Source: Octopus bimaculoides
Taxonomy: Eukaryota
Assembly (NCBI RefSeq): GCF_001194135.2
Contig: NC_068981.1
Coordinates: 85,267,415-85,305,869, forward strand
DNA length: 38,455 nucleotides
Reading direction: 5' to 3'
Made by a program: the position numbers and the translations under genes. The first letter of the stretch is position 1; every line of letters begins with the position of its first letter. Below the pieces are notes generated by a model, which was not told where the DNA came from, ran no database searches, and saw nothing but the letters and a program-made list of their open reading frames with translations. Positions 22,605-34,520 of this stretch are shown piece after piece.

Positions 22605-23330
22605 GTGTACATAATTCCTCATCTCTTAAATGTAGAACTGTATTACATAAAAACATTCACCAAACTCTAATGCTTCCAGTAGAAAACGATTGTTAGAGTG
22701 ATACATTTGAGTTTGATACATCTGAAAAGAAAACCAATGATGGGTAAAGGTATTTGTTGAAATGAACCTGCTTTCACATCTTTGTTGTAATTTATTACGT
22801 CACTAATATATAAGTGAAATGGAAACATGGAACAGAAAACTTCAAGTCAGAGTGGAAATCAATCTATATCGAAATGCTCAAAACGACAGGCAGAGTCAAA
22901 ACTAAATATACGTTTAAAACTTAGTTCGGCAACATATGTTTAAAACTTTAGCTCGGCGACTTTTAGAGCATAGAGCCAGCTTGATGTTACTGGACACTTA
23001 TCATAAACCAAGAAAAGCAATGAAAACAGCCAGATCTGAAGTGTTAATACTAAAAGTTTTCATATCACTCGGTCCTTATTTACAAATTTACAGCGGTCAG
23101 TTCTGCTGTTATCTCTATGGAGGTAATAAAATTAATTCAAGTAATATTCTAGGAACGATTCAATTGACAATATCACCACCATCTTATGTAGTATATCATA
23201 TTTTAAATTGAAGTAATCAGTCAGAGAAGAAGAATAATGTTGGTAGAAATTCTTTGTTTCTGCTACACACATTACAGGGCTGACATTGGATTGTACCAAT
23301 AGCATACCAATATATATATATATATATATA

Positions 23331-23624
23331 TGGATATATATTATTTATATTGTATTATATTATATATATATGGATATATATTTCTATTGTATTATATATA
23401 TATGTATGGATATATATTTATATTGTATTATATATATATATGTATGGATATATATTTATATTGTATTATATATATATGTATGTATATATATTTATATTGT
23501 ATTATATATATATGTATGTATATATATTTATATTGTATTATATATATATGTATGTATATATATATATATTGTATTATATATATATGTATGTATATATATA
23601 TATATTGTATTATATATATATGTA

Positions 23625-23625
<1 letters not shown>
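23331..23625. repeat. 36-bp AT-rich minisatellite, about 8 copies
   Basis: Unit TG(G/T)ATATATAT(T/A)TATATTGTATTATATATATATGTA; gives the 12-aa period in the spurious ORFs. Confidence 0.9.
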
Positions 23626-23655
<30 letters not shown>

Positions 23656-23679
23656 GTGTATGTATGTATATACATACAT

Positions 23680-23758
23680 ATACAGACATAACAGAAGTAA
23701 ATAGACACCCATATAATCATTAAAATTTATTTAAATTTGAAATTACACATTCAAATTG

Positions 23759-23791
<33 letters not shown>

Positions 23792-24970
23792 GTGAATATC
23801 TAATATTTAGTAGATATACCCTTTGCATTTTTCAATGCAAGGATCCTATTAGGCATGCTACTGATCAGATGACGAATATTCAGTTGCCAAGTTTCGTGCA
23901 GCAATCTCAAAAATCTGGATTTCAAGATGCTCTGTTGTTCTTTTTATGAAGTGTCCTGTCCATTATGCCCCAGAGGCGTTCAATAAGGTTCATATCTGAT
24001 GACTGGTTTGGCCATGGAAGGTTTCTAATGCCATTCTCATCCAACCACTCTTGGGTCTTTTTAGCTGTGTGACAAAGAGCCCCATTTTCCATAAATTGAG
24101 TCTTCTTTATATATTTCCTCACTGGAGAAGATCGGAAGGAGTTCTTTCTGCAATATGGAATCATATATATCTGAGTTTATGTTTCCCTCACATTCCACCA
24201 TCTCTGATCGACCATTGCTCCAAGACCATCACAGAATAGCCGCTGTGTTTCATTGTTGGCTGCAATCTTTTCACGTCAAATTTTTTATCAGAGTCTCCAG
24301 GTCAACACTATCAGAAAATACAGCAAATCTGGGCTCATCAGAGAATATGACGGTGTCCCAAAATGCTAGTGGTCTCTGAACCAGCTCACTGGCCCAATCA
24401 TTTCTCCGCTTGATATTGGCTGGTCGAAGAAATGGCTTCCTTCTTACTGCTCTGCCATAGTAGCCAAGTTTGTGGAGATACCTGACAGCTGTTCTGGAAC
24501 TTACACCAACTTGCTTTGTCAGAGGCTTTGCAGCGAGGATTATCCTCTACACTTCTCTTAACAAAGCGAAGGGCTCTTTCAGAGGGTCTTAGTTGACCTG
24601 GGCGAGGTGATGTTGACTCCTACTTCTCCCCAGTGAATTGCACAGTTACTCCATAAACTGTAGAAAGAGGGTTCCAAAGGTTTTCTGAGATTTCACGCTT
24701 AGCCCGCCTTCATTTTGACCCATAATACGGCCTCTTTGAAATTCGGACAGTTTCAAGGCTTCTTTAGCATGTGGCATGAATAAACAGTCACATATAGAAC
24801 CTGAAACATAAAAATGCCAATTAATAAAAAAATATATAAACCTTTTCAAGTTAAAATAAACATAAAACGATGTTTTATGGGGTGTGTATTTACTTCTGTC
24901 ATGCTTGTGTACATACATACATAGATACATGCATAGATACATTATCAGATTTTACTTTTCTAGGGCACCG
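23680..24970 (-). mobile_element. Tc1-family (DD34E) transposon with frameshifted transposase at 24777-23800
   Basis: MPHAKEALKLSEFQRGRIMG..; FWDTVIFSDEPRF; FMENGALCHTAK..WPNQSSDMNLIERLW (34 residues between the second D, here N, and E); ..LISSMPNRILALKNAKGISTKY*. The 5' end is CGGTGCCCTAGAAAAG. Confidence 0.92.
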
Positions 24971-25664
24971 ACATAGTTATAAGATACCATATTCATTCTC
25001 TTCGTTAGTAACGTGACAAACATTCATAAAATATATTATGTAAAACAAAAAAGAAAAAAAAGCAAGTATCAATTTCGTAAATATTTGTGTCAATAAGAAA
25101 TGACTCATACACAAAACTCTGGCAGTTAGATTTTCAACAAGACGTTTCGATAAAAATAATCTTTCAGCGTGTTCAATATCAAATTTCATAGTTGGAAGTG
25201 AAGCCTACAATCAGTTAACTTACAAAATGAACGCAATAATCGTACAGTGAAATGTAAGTTGGTATAATCTATCGTCATGTCTTAACTATGGTCAATAAAA
25301 TGTACATTTGAGAAGAATATACAGAAATATTTCGAATTGTCTGGAATTTCTTGTTTCTAACACTTTTATAGAAAAACAATTTGAGCATTTATTCAGTTCG
25401 AAAGATTTATATGTTTTGTTGTGCTTTCCACTTGTGAGGTTCGAATCTTCAATCTTGGAAAAGAGGATGTAGACTGTAAACCATTTAACTGAAAACCAGA
25501 GACAAAAATGGTAGGGAAACTGATAACAGTTCAAGCAAGTACATATACGAATATAAACATCGGAAAGATTTATAAACAAATTAGATTCTGTGTGAGAATG
25601 CATAGCCAAAGCAGTGTGTCGTTTTCAGCAGTTTACAGACAAAACAAATCCAGAGATATATAGG

Positions 25665-25735
25665 CATCAAACTTTGGCACAAGGTCAGCAGTTCTTGATA
25701 GGGAGCTAAGTCGCTTACATCGACTACTACTTTCC
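25665..25735 (-). mobile_element. Decayed SINE 3' fragment, B-related
   Basis: AAACTTTGGCACAAGGTCAGCAGTT..AAGTCGCTTACATCGAC motif recalled from octopus SINE bodies. Confidence 0.4.
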
Positions 25736-25809
25736 GTTTGATGTTACTAATTGTACTTCAGAACAAAAAGATAGTGAATATTATTGAGTGCTGTGGCTTG
25801 GCTGGTATA

Positions 25810-26035
25810 CGCGCGTTAATTCTTCGAAACGCTTAGTTTTAGATTGGTGGCAGCTGATGAAGGAAATGTTCTCTATGTGGCCTGTGTGTTTTCTGTGCTC
25901 TGTTTATGTTCTGTTTCTCATTTTGCCCACGTTTTCTTGTGACGTCCTGTACCCAGATATGCATCTATATATACATGTAGATGTAGGTATGTACATACAT
26001 GTACGTATATATGCATATACTCATTTATTATATAT
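25810..26035 (+). mobile_element. Repeat module M, diverged copy, probable PLE tail
   Basis: CGAAACGC..GCTGATGAAGG.AATGTTCTCTATGTGGC..GTCCTGTACCCAGATATGCA..GTACGTATATATGCATATACTCATTTA shared with 27615-27834. Confidence 0.8.
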
Positions 26036-26090
26036 ATATATATATATATATATACACGCGCACACACACACACACACACACACACTTTCT

Positions 26091-26792
26091 CGTGTGTTTA
26101 CGCATTTTACACTCGTTGGTAATGTCCTGTACTTAATATGTATATTTTATTTATTTATAATCGAACGCTACGCAGCCTTGACCACAGAAAGTTCTTACAT
26201 TTTATATACAACTTCTGCGCTCCCCCTCCTTTCTTGTCACCTGTCTGTCTGTCTCCCACTATCTACTAAATTTCGTTCCTTCTCCCTCTTTCTTTTCTTC
26301 ATCCTCTCTTGTCCCCTCCCCCTCTGCGTCTTGCTTACATGTGACTATAGGTCAGTTCTCTCACTCCTGTCTTTTCTGGATGGGATGGCCACAGGGCTGG
26401 ACATCGTTTCTCTCACCTCCTGGCATTTTCTTCTCTTCTCTTCTATTTATTCTATTTCCTTTAGGATTTTCTCCCGACCGTTACCCATTAAATATCGTCT
26501 TGGCCTTCGGCCTTAAATGTTTGTCTTCGTCGATCGTTTACTTTGTACGTCCACTCTGTTGTTGTTTGATCGTTCGAAAGACAAACTCTCCACAAATTTC
26601 ATATTTTTAAAATTTCTGGATGCTGCTGTCTTACGAGGCTTTCCTATCCTGTCGTTAATAGCACGAAATGAGTCGGTAAAACAGTCGACAACTAATGAGA
26701 GAGTTATCTTAGTTTGGTATTTCGTCCTGTATTTACCTCACGTGTGTTTACGCATTTTTCACTCGTTGGTAATGTCCTGTACTTAATATGTA
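26091..26792 (+). mobile_element. About 650-bp unit bounded by 52-bp direct repeats (26091-26142, 26741-26792)
   Basis: The two 52-mers differ at one position; the body is homologous to 14575-15190 minus. Confidence 0.85.
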
Positions 26793-26796
26793 CTCA

Positions 26797-26823
<27 letters not shown>

Positions 26824-26829
<6 letters not shown>

Positions 26830-27039
26830 TAAATGAGTATATGCATATATACGTACAGGTATGTGCATACCGACATCCACCTGTATGTATAGGTGCATAT
26901 CTGGGAACAGAACATTGCAAACAAACGTAGACGAGAACACACGAGCCACATAGAGAACATTCTCCTTCATCAGCCACCCACGTTTTAACACCGGCGTTTC
27001 GACGAGCTTCGGGCAGGACGTATCGTTAAAACGGCTCAT
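26824..27039 (-). mobile_element. Repeat module M, left arm of an inverted pair
   Basis: Reverse complement is about 95% identical to 27615-27834. Confidence 0.9.
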
Positions 27040-27143
27040 AGAGAGAGGTTTGGCCAAAAGTCACCCGACAATAAATGAAAATTCCATGAATACTTAATAT
27101 TGAATTATATTTATTCATTCGAATTATGAATGTTTAATAATTG

Positions 27144-27586
27144 NNNNNNNNNNNNNNNNNNNNNNNNNNNNNNNNNNNNNNNNNNNNNNNNNNNNNNNNN
27201 NNNNNNNNNNNNNNNNNNNNNNNNNNNNNNNNNNNNNNNNNNNNNNNNNNNNNNNNNNNNNNNNNNNNNNNNNNNNNNNNNNNNNNNNNNNNNNNNNNNN
27301 NNNNNNNNNNNNNNNNNNNNNNNNNNNNNNNNNNNNNNNNNNNNNNNNNNNNNNNNNNNNNNNNNNNNNNNNNNNNNNNNNNNNNNNNNNNNNNNNNNNN
27401 NNNNNNNNNNNNNNNNNNNNNNNNNNNNNNNNNNNNNNNNNNNNNNNNNNNNNNNNNNNNNNNNNNNNNNNNNNNNNNNNNNNNNNNNNNNNNNNNNNNN
27501 NNNNNNNNNNNNNNNNNNNNNNNNNNNNNNNNNNNNNNNNNNNNNNNNNNNNNNNNNNNNNNNNNNNNNNNNNNNNNNNNNNNNNN
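27144..27586. other. Assembly gap (N run)
   Basis: N run. Confidence 1.
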
Positions 27587-27614
27587 TATACAAACTTAAT
27601 CTGCGGTCCATGGG

Positions 27615-27834
27615 ATGAGCCGTTTTAACGATGCGTCCTGCCCGAAGCTCGTCGAAACGCCGGTGTTAAAACGTGGGTAGCTGATGAAGTAGAATGTTCT
27701 CTATGCGGCTCGTGTGTGTATTCTCGTCTACGTTTGTTTGCAATGTCCTGCACCCAGATATGCACCTATACATACAGGTGGATGTCGGTATGCACATACC
27801 TGTACGTATATATGCATATACTCATTTACTATTT
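27615..27834 (+). mobile_element. Repeat module M, right arm of an inverted pair
   Basis: Inverted match to 26824-27039. Confidence 0.9.
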
Positions 27835-27837
27835 GTT

Positions 27838-27875
<38 letters not shown>

Positions 27876-27890
27876 TGTACACACACACAT

Positions 27891-27920
<30 letters not shown>

Positions 27921-27921
<1 letters not shown>

Positions 27922-28088
27922 GCTCGCGCGTTTTCAGTTTTTGTCTTCCAAATCCACTCACAAGGCTTTGCCCGGCCCAGGCCTATTGTTGTGGAAGACA
28001 CTTTTCCAATGTACAACGCAGTGGGACTCACCATGAAACCACGTTGTTGGGAAGCAAACGCAAACTTCTTACCACACAGCTGCACTTG
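27921..28088 (-). mobile_element. SINE family A 5' half
   Basis: CAAATCCACTCACAAGGCTTTG..GAAGACACTT..CGCAGTGGGACT..CTTACCACACAGC. Confidence 0.8.
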
Positions 28089-28089
28089 T

Positions 28090-28352
28090 CGTGAGTTCGA
28101 TTCCCGGCAGCTCGTTGTACTCTTGGACAAGACACTTTATTTCCCGTAGCTCCAGTTCACTCAGCTGGCAAAAATGAGCAGTTCCTGTAATTCAAAGGGC
28201 CAACCTTTATACATTCTGTGTCGTACTGAATTTCCCTAAGAACTATGCATCTATGGAGTGCCCAGCCACTTCCACGTTAATTTTATGAGCGGGTTGTTCC
28301 CTTGATCAGATCAGCTGGGACCCTAGTCGTCGTTACCGACGGAGTGCCATTT
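28090..28352 (+). mobile_element. tRNA-derived SINE, local family C
   Basis: B-box GAGTTCGATTCCC, then CTTGGACAAGACACTT..CTCCAGTTCACTCAGCTGGCAAAAATGAG, a conserved SINE central-domain style. Confidence 0.7.
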
Positions 28353-28628
28353 AATGGATAAAAGCTGTAAACATCCGTAGTAGATTTGTTGGATCTATTT
28401 TAAAACGGGGGCGCCAGTTTTCATTTATGTTTTATGTAGTGTTTTTGGTACGGAAAGACTTTCAAACTTCGTATACTTATCTATTTTGTGTTATAGAACA
28501 GAAAAAAATTTTTGTATTCGAATTTATTTCATGTAAAAAAATTGTCTTATTTCGATAATTTCTACTAATCACTGACGTCTATTCAGTTGAAAACAGTTAG
28601 CGCTGTAACGGTGTATATCGTATTAATC

Positions 28629-28682
28629 CCCTAACCCTAACTAGACTGTTAACCGTAACCCTAACCCTAAAACTAACCCTAA
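28629..28682 (+). repeat. Interstitial telomere-like (CCCTAA) cluster inside an AT-rich repeat element (about 28380-28836)
   Basis: Five perfect CCCTAA hexamers plus CCGTAA and AACTAA variants. Confidence 0.8.
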
Positions 28683-28836
28683 CTCGAGAATCCGAACTCT
28701 AAAATTGTTACACACATAGATACGCACAGCGTAATTTATTATATAAACAATATATGCGTATAAATTACGATTAAACCAGATGAAATATGTCACAGGGAAT
28801 AACATTTTTATGACCGCCCAGCAGTAACTCTTATTC

Positions 28837-29110
28837 NNNNNNNNNNNNNNNNNNNNNNNNNNNNNNNNNNNNNNNNNNNNNNNNNNNNNNNNNNNNNNNN
28901 NNNNNNNNNNNNNNNNNNNNNNNNNNNNNNNNNNNNNNNNNNNNNNNNNNNNNNNNNNNNNNNNNNNNNNNNNNNNNNNNNNNNNNNNNNNNNNNNNNNN
29001 NNNNNNNNNNNNNNNNNNNNNNNNNNNNNNNNNNNNNNNNNNNNNNNNNNNNNNNNNNNNNNNNNNNNNNNNNNNNNNNNNNNNNNNNNNNNNNNNNNNN
29101 NNNNNNNNNN
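28837..29110. other. Assembly gap (N run)
   Basis: N run. Confidence 1.
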
Positions 29111-29261
29111 ATTATGTCTGTTACAGCAATATTATTCTTGCTTCTGTAATTACGGTGTTTATGGTTTCATTTGTCTCAAAAATATGTTCAATAATGAAAG
29201 TCGAAAATTCCGTTATATGGCGTGTTCAATACTTATATGTATTCACATGCATGCATAGATA

Positions 29262-31950
29262 GATAGATATCTTTATTAGCCATACAGGGCCGAACACAGA
29301 GGGGACAATACAATGTAGAAATTTTCTTTTCGAAAGCAAGAAAGGAAAAAATAAACGATCAAAAGAGGTCGAAAGCGTGTGGATCGTGTAAACAGCAAAA
29401 AAAAAAAAAAAGCGGCGTAAAAATGTAAAAGGTTTATCCGTGGAAAGAAAAGCCTAAGAAAAAACCACAGTAACATCAGGCAGGAACAGAAACACATGAG
29501 AGCAAAGCGCTCTCTCTCTCTCTCCGTCTCTCTTTTAGATTTACAGGATCATGCTTAAAGTTGTTGCGTCATTTGCTTGTACCATCTTTGCTACATTCAC
29601 CCACCCTTTTATTGAAACTTTTATGAGACAAAACTTCCTCTCTATTCTCACTTTCCTTTTCAAGTGATACTTGAAAAAGTTGATGAGTGATTGGCCAAAG
29701 TGTTTGTCTCTAAACCTTTCGCACAAGACCACCACACACATTCTTTCACCATAGCCACCAGTACAATGAAAACTGCCTTGCTTTTCCGGTTAAAGGAACA
29801 TAGCGGAGCAATATTCACGATGGACTCGGCTGATAACCGAATTCGTCATACACGTGACAGCAGCCGTTAGACATAAGCCCACCGGTCTGAAATGGTTGGA
29901 CACAGCACGAGTGCGTGCAGAACGGTTTCGTCGCTGTGACCGCATCTCGGGCAAATCGGTCCGGTGTATCTCAAACCGTGCTTATAGAGCTTATCCCGAA
30001 CAAGTAATTCTTCCCGATAGCATTACCATGCCAAGTATTACTGGTGATTGTCCATAGGTCCCGGCCCTAAAGTTGTCCTGAACAGGGGCGTCAGGTGTTC
30101 CCTTCGACGACCAGATTCTCAAGAAGAATGTCGTCGCACCTCCCCACCACTAATCCTCTATAGAACACCCTCCTGGAATTGGTCCCGGACGGCAGAGTTG
30201 GTTGAGAGCAAGGCGGCACTCGCGGTGCCATTCGCCTAGCCTCGGTCTCTGTTTGATCCATGGCTGCAATTTGACCATAGAGACGAGCTGCGGGAAAGCG
30301 TGCCTCACAGAGGACCACCACACCTGTTTATCGTCGTCTAAGCGCCGGAGATGTATCTCAGCGCATGATTGCGCATCATCAACCACGGTGAGCCCAGCCC
30401 TCCATTTAATGAGTGTTGATAACAAATGGATCGCCTAAACATCGGAACGCTTCCCCTCCACAAAAAGTGGAAGAGTATGCGTTGCAGTTTGGTGATAGTA
30501 GGGTCGGGACAAGGCACGATGGTCAGGTGGTAATAGATGACATGCGATATACGTGTTCGCCACCTCCACCAGACCTTATAGATCTAGCTTTCTCTCGAAC
30601 CATTGTTGGGTGAGAGTGGCCGCCTTACTCGATATCTCATCCCAGTTCTTCTTCATTTGGAGGTCCGGTCCGAACCAGACACCGAGCAATTTAACCGGCC
30701 CCTCGGTCCAGTGTTCCACGATTGAGACGCTACTGAACCGCCTTTGTCAGCCTCTCCAGGTGCCGAGCAGCAAGCCCACTGACTTTTCCAAGTTAATTTT
30801 CGCTCCCGTTACCGTTTCATATTCTTTTAGTGTTTCGCCGACCAGGTCGATATGCCTGTGGCTCGACAGTATATCGGTGACGTCGTCCGCGTATGCAGAC
30901 ACGCCCCTCCTGCAACCCAGTTCTTGCAGAATGCCCCTCAGCGTCACCAACTTCCGCAGTAGTGGCTCTAGTGTCAATACGTACAGAAGCGACGAGAGGT
31001 AGCATACTTGACGGACAGAACGCGTGATGTTAAATGGTCTGGATAGATGACCATTTACACAAACTACCAAGCGGGTGCCGCTGTATGAGGCAGCGGTCCA
31101 ACCGCGGAAGACGGGTCCGAAACTATCTGCTTTAAGGATTGCCTACTAGATGCGATGGTCGACTCTATCGAAACCTTTCGATTGATCCAAATTGATCAGA
31201 GCTCCACCCATGCCAGGTTCCTGAGCTACCCTATCAATGATGTAGCGCATCAGAGAGAGGATGTCATGGATATTCCTACCTGGCACGGCGCATATTTGCG
31301 CCTTGTCTACCAGATTCTCGTTGACAAGCGCCAACCTCTCGGCTAAAATCTTCAAATCTGTGTTGAGCAGAGCGATGGGCCTGAAGTTATCTATGACGTT
31401 CCCCTTGTTTGGATCTTTCTTTAGCAGTGCCACCGCTCCTTGGTTCACAAAACTGAAGGTACTCCTGTTTTACTGCCTGTTGCAGTAAAATGCTACCAAG
31501 ACGCCTCCAAACAAGTCTACCATATGATAATAAAGCTCGTAGGGCACACCATCGAAGCCTGGCGACTTGTTACCTGTGTAGCTTTCCATCGCATCGCGTA
31601 CGTCCGCGGCTGTGATGGGTCTTTCACAACACTACGCTTCTCTTGCCGAGAGTTATGACAGGCCATGCAGGCAGGCACTAAAGTCCACCCTGCGTTCTGA
31701 CCCACCAGTCGTCCCGAACAGTCAGGCAAAGTGCTGTTGAAAGGCCTCACACATACTTGTGGGTTCGAGTATTTCGCGCCCCTGCTCATCTGTCAGAGAC
31801 CTAATGGTGGCCTTGTTGCTTCGTTGCGCCTCTGTCACTAGGGCCTCTCGGGCGGCTCCAGTTCCTTCGTTTCTCAGAGTACGCATGCTAGCGCTGACAA
31901 CGCATCCTTTGTGTTTGGCGTTGAAGTGGTGATACTCTGGACGCGATGCC
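29262..31950 (-). mobile_element. 5'-truncated Tx1/L1-like LINE: ORF2 linker, RT, CCHC knuckle, C-terminus and 3' UTR, with frameshifts and stops
   Basis: ALLKKDPNKG..NFRPIALLNTDLKILA; INLDQSKGFDRVDH; SVRQVCYLSSLLYVLTLEPLL; SAYADDVT; KINLEKSVGL; CPRCGHSDETVLHALVLC; 3' AATAAAG then (ATCT)n. Confidence 0.95.
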
Positions 31951-32037
31951 ACTTCTATGTGCCTTTTCTAATTTCTTAACTATTCTAAGCATGTTCGTAT
32001 CGAAAGTTGTGCTTTACACACGAAAGGAAAAGGAAAA

Positions 32038-32078
32038 GAATGAGAGAGAGAGAGAAAGAGAAAGAGAGAAAGAGAGAA

Positions 32079-32135
<57 letters not shown>

Positions 32136-32156
32136 GAGAAAGAGAGAGAGAGAGAA
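32038..32156. repeat. (GA)/(GAAA) purine microsatellite
   Basis: Direct inspection. Confidence 0.95.
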
Positions 32157-32736
32157 TCACTTACTGTCCGAAAGCTGGTTATTCTTTACCTCACAATCTT
32201 CCTACAGAAAGCTTTTATGTAATTTTTTTGGTAATTCCTTACAGCATCCAGGTAGAGAGATTTCAGTGTATTGTGTGTGTTTTGTGTTACGTGTATGATT
32301 TTTATGTGTTGTGGTGGTGTCAGTTGATTACTGGGCAGTAATAAGAAAGTAAATAAACGACGAGGAAATAAGAAATTGTGCCATGACCTTCACTAGCTTA
32401 CAGCTGTTTCTGCTATAAGATGCAGTGCACTCAATAGTTGAGTGCTTGTACATCACCCTTATAACTCCATCGGAGCTTCAAAAATGAAATGCAGTTTTGA
32501 GTTGGGAAGGCGTTTTACATTTGTCTAATATTCAGAAAGCATTACCATCGAGAAAAGCAGAAATTGACGTAGAAAATAAAGTAAAGAGTTTGAGGAGCTA
32601 AAGCCCCTCCCTGAGAGAGCAAATTAAAAAAATTTTAAATATGTAAAAAAAAAAAAAAAAGTATAAATCTGCATTGGAATGGAAATGCACAGAGAGTGAT
32701 GAAACGATATAATGATAAACAAATAAGATCAACTAC

Positions 32737-32968
32737 ATAGGCACAGGCATGCCTGTTTGGTAAGAAGTTTGCTTCCAAACCACATGGTTCCACGTTCCAC
32801 GACGTAGCACCTTGGGCAAGTGTCTTCTACGATAACTTCAGGCCGACCGAAGCTTTGTAAATAGATTTGGTACACGGAAACTGGAAGAAGCCATGTCTGC
32901 ATGGATGTATGTTAGTGTCTTTATGTCTGCGTTTGTCCCCCAGCGCCACTTGAAAACCGGTGTTGGTC
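32737..32968 (+). mobile_element. SINE family A, 3' truncated
   Basis: GGTAAGAAGTTTGCTTCCAAACCACATGGTTCC..CACCTTGGGCAAGTGTCTTCTAC..GGAAACTGGAAGAAGCC. Confidence 0.85.
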
Positions 32969-33589
32969 AGAGGTTGAAGTGTGTTAGTGAACGATTTCAT
33001 ACTAATCAGAGAAGTGGCTTTTTCGGATGTGGTCTAGGATGTCTGTGTGGGCGTGTAGTGACAGCACCGATCCGGATGTAGATATAGTACTCCATTGTGG
33101 CGCTCACCGGAACTTTCTTTAGTATTAGCAGCTGTTGAGTCTTAAGTATTTTCTAGTTTTGCGGACGGCGAATTTATGTGATGTAGGATTATATTTCGTT
33201 TACCATCATATTATTGATCCATGGAAAAAAAAATTTCGAATTAACTAATCTAAACATGAACTGGAGACTGAGTAATGAAAGTTGTGATAATAGATATTAC
33301 ATTCCGTTTAGAAGTTAACTGCTATGATCATAAATCATTTGATTGTGTAGATTTCAAATTTAAGTTCAAATCCTACCATAGTCGACTTACATTTTATCTT
33401 CCCAGGTTCATAAGATAAGCAGCGGTCAAAATATTGGTGTTAATATAACTGAATACACTTTCGAAAGCAAAGTCCCAGAATAACAAAATTTCAACAGAAT
33501 ACTACGTATGAGTATATATACGTATCTAATCATATCACCTTGTCTTTGATGGCAATTCAGTGTTCATCTAGGATGGTGTACAGAAATAT

Positions 33590-33675
33590 TAAATCGATAC
33601 TTGTGCTCAATTTTATTGATCCTTGAATGATGAAAGGTAGAGTTGACTTCGTTAGGGTTTGAATTCAGGATTGTA
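33590..33675 (-). mobile_element. SINE family B body, decayed; a further decayed plus-strand copy lies at about 33350-33425
   Basis: Reverse complement GAATTCAAACCCTAACGAAGTCAACTCTACCTTTCATCATTCAAGGATCAATAAAAT. Confidence 0.55.
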
Positions 33676-33699
33676 CCAGGACTGACCTGGAAGTCACCA

Positions 33700-33781
33700 C
33701 CACAGCACCACCACCACCACTACAACTACCACCACCACCACAACTACTCACACTAACACTTCTACCATTACTACTACTACT
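33700..33781. repeat. (CAC)/(TAC) trinucleotide tract
   Basis: Direct inspection. Confidence 0.85.
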
Positions 33782-33859
33782 AGGAAACCTTTACATAGAC
33801 GCTCGACCGGTTAGATACAGTAGCTAAAACTGAGTACCCTGCATCGTAGGAAAAAGACT

Positions 33860-33935
33860 GGACTGTCACGATCGGAATGCCTTTGTTCATAAGTCAGTTT
33901 GATCAAGGTTGACCAGTGATTAAACAACAACGAAA
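33860..33935 (-). mobile_element. Short interspersed repeat, local family D; related decayed copies at about 34085-34160 minus and 6862-6935 plus
   Basis: GTCACGATCGGAATGCCTTTGTTCATAAGTCAGTTTGATCAAGGTTGACC versus GGTCATCACTGGACTGTCTTTGAATGAGGTTGGTTCAATCATAACTAACC. Confidence 0.5.
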
Positions 33936-34199
33936 ACAATATGCATACAACCGAATGAGGAGCGAAGCTAAAAGAGTGATCGCTCGGCCTCACAGAAAAC
34001 AATTTAATCTCCCTCAAATCAATACCCCCAACACTTTAAAAAAAAGAAGACGCGTCAAATAGTGTAGTTCTGGATATTCCTCAAAAGTTGGAATGGTCAT
34101 CACTGGACTGTCTTTGAATGAGGTTGGTTCAATCATAACTAACCTGAGCTTCGGCAAAAATAACGTCAGTGTAAATACAAAGGCTTTCAGATCAGCTTT

Positions 34200-34489
34200 A
34201 GTAATAGATCGATAGATCGATAGATAGATAGATAGATAGATAGAAAGCTAACATATAGACAGACAGAAAGAGAGACAGAGAGACAGAAAGACAGACAGAG
34301 AGGCAGGCAGGCAGGCAGGCAGGCTGACAGACAGACAGATAGCTATCATATAGACAGACAGAAAGACAGTCAGACAGATAGACAGGCAAAGAGACAGACA
34401 GACAGACAGATAGATAGATAGATCCTCAGAAAAAGAAATTCCTTTATCTTTGAAAACAAGAAATATACGCGTGCACACAAGCGCTTTTG

Positions 34490-34520
<31 letters not shown>

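Noticed and set aside
23286-23723. YI/IY-rich ORFs with a 12-aa period
   Set aside because: Translation of the 36-bp minisatellite.
25292-25609. 105-aa minus ORF and a plus-frame FERFICFVVLSTCEVRIFNLGKEDVDCKPFN segment
   Set aside because: No recognisable domain and no good splice-site pair.
27040-27143. Possible mariner-like TIR (GGTTTGGCCAAAAGTCACCCGACA) running into the gap
   Set aside because: No partner TIR is visible and the outer bases do not fit cleanly; unresolvable without the gap sequence.
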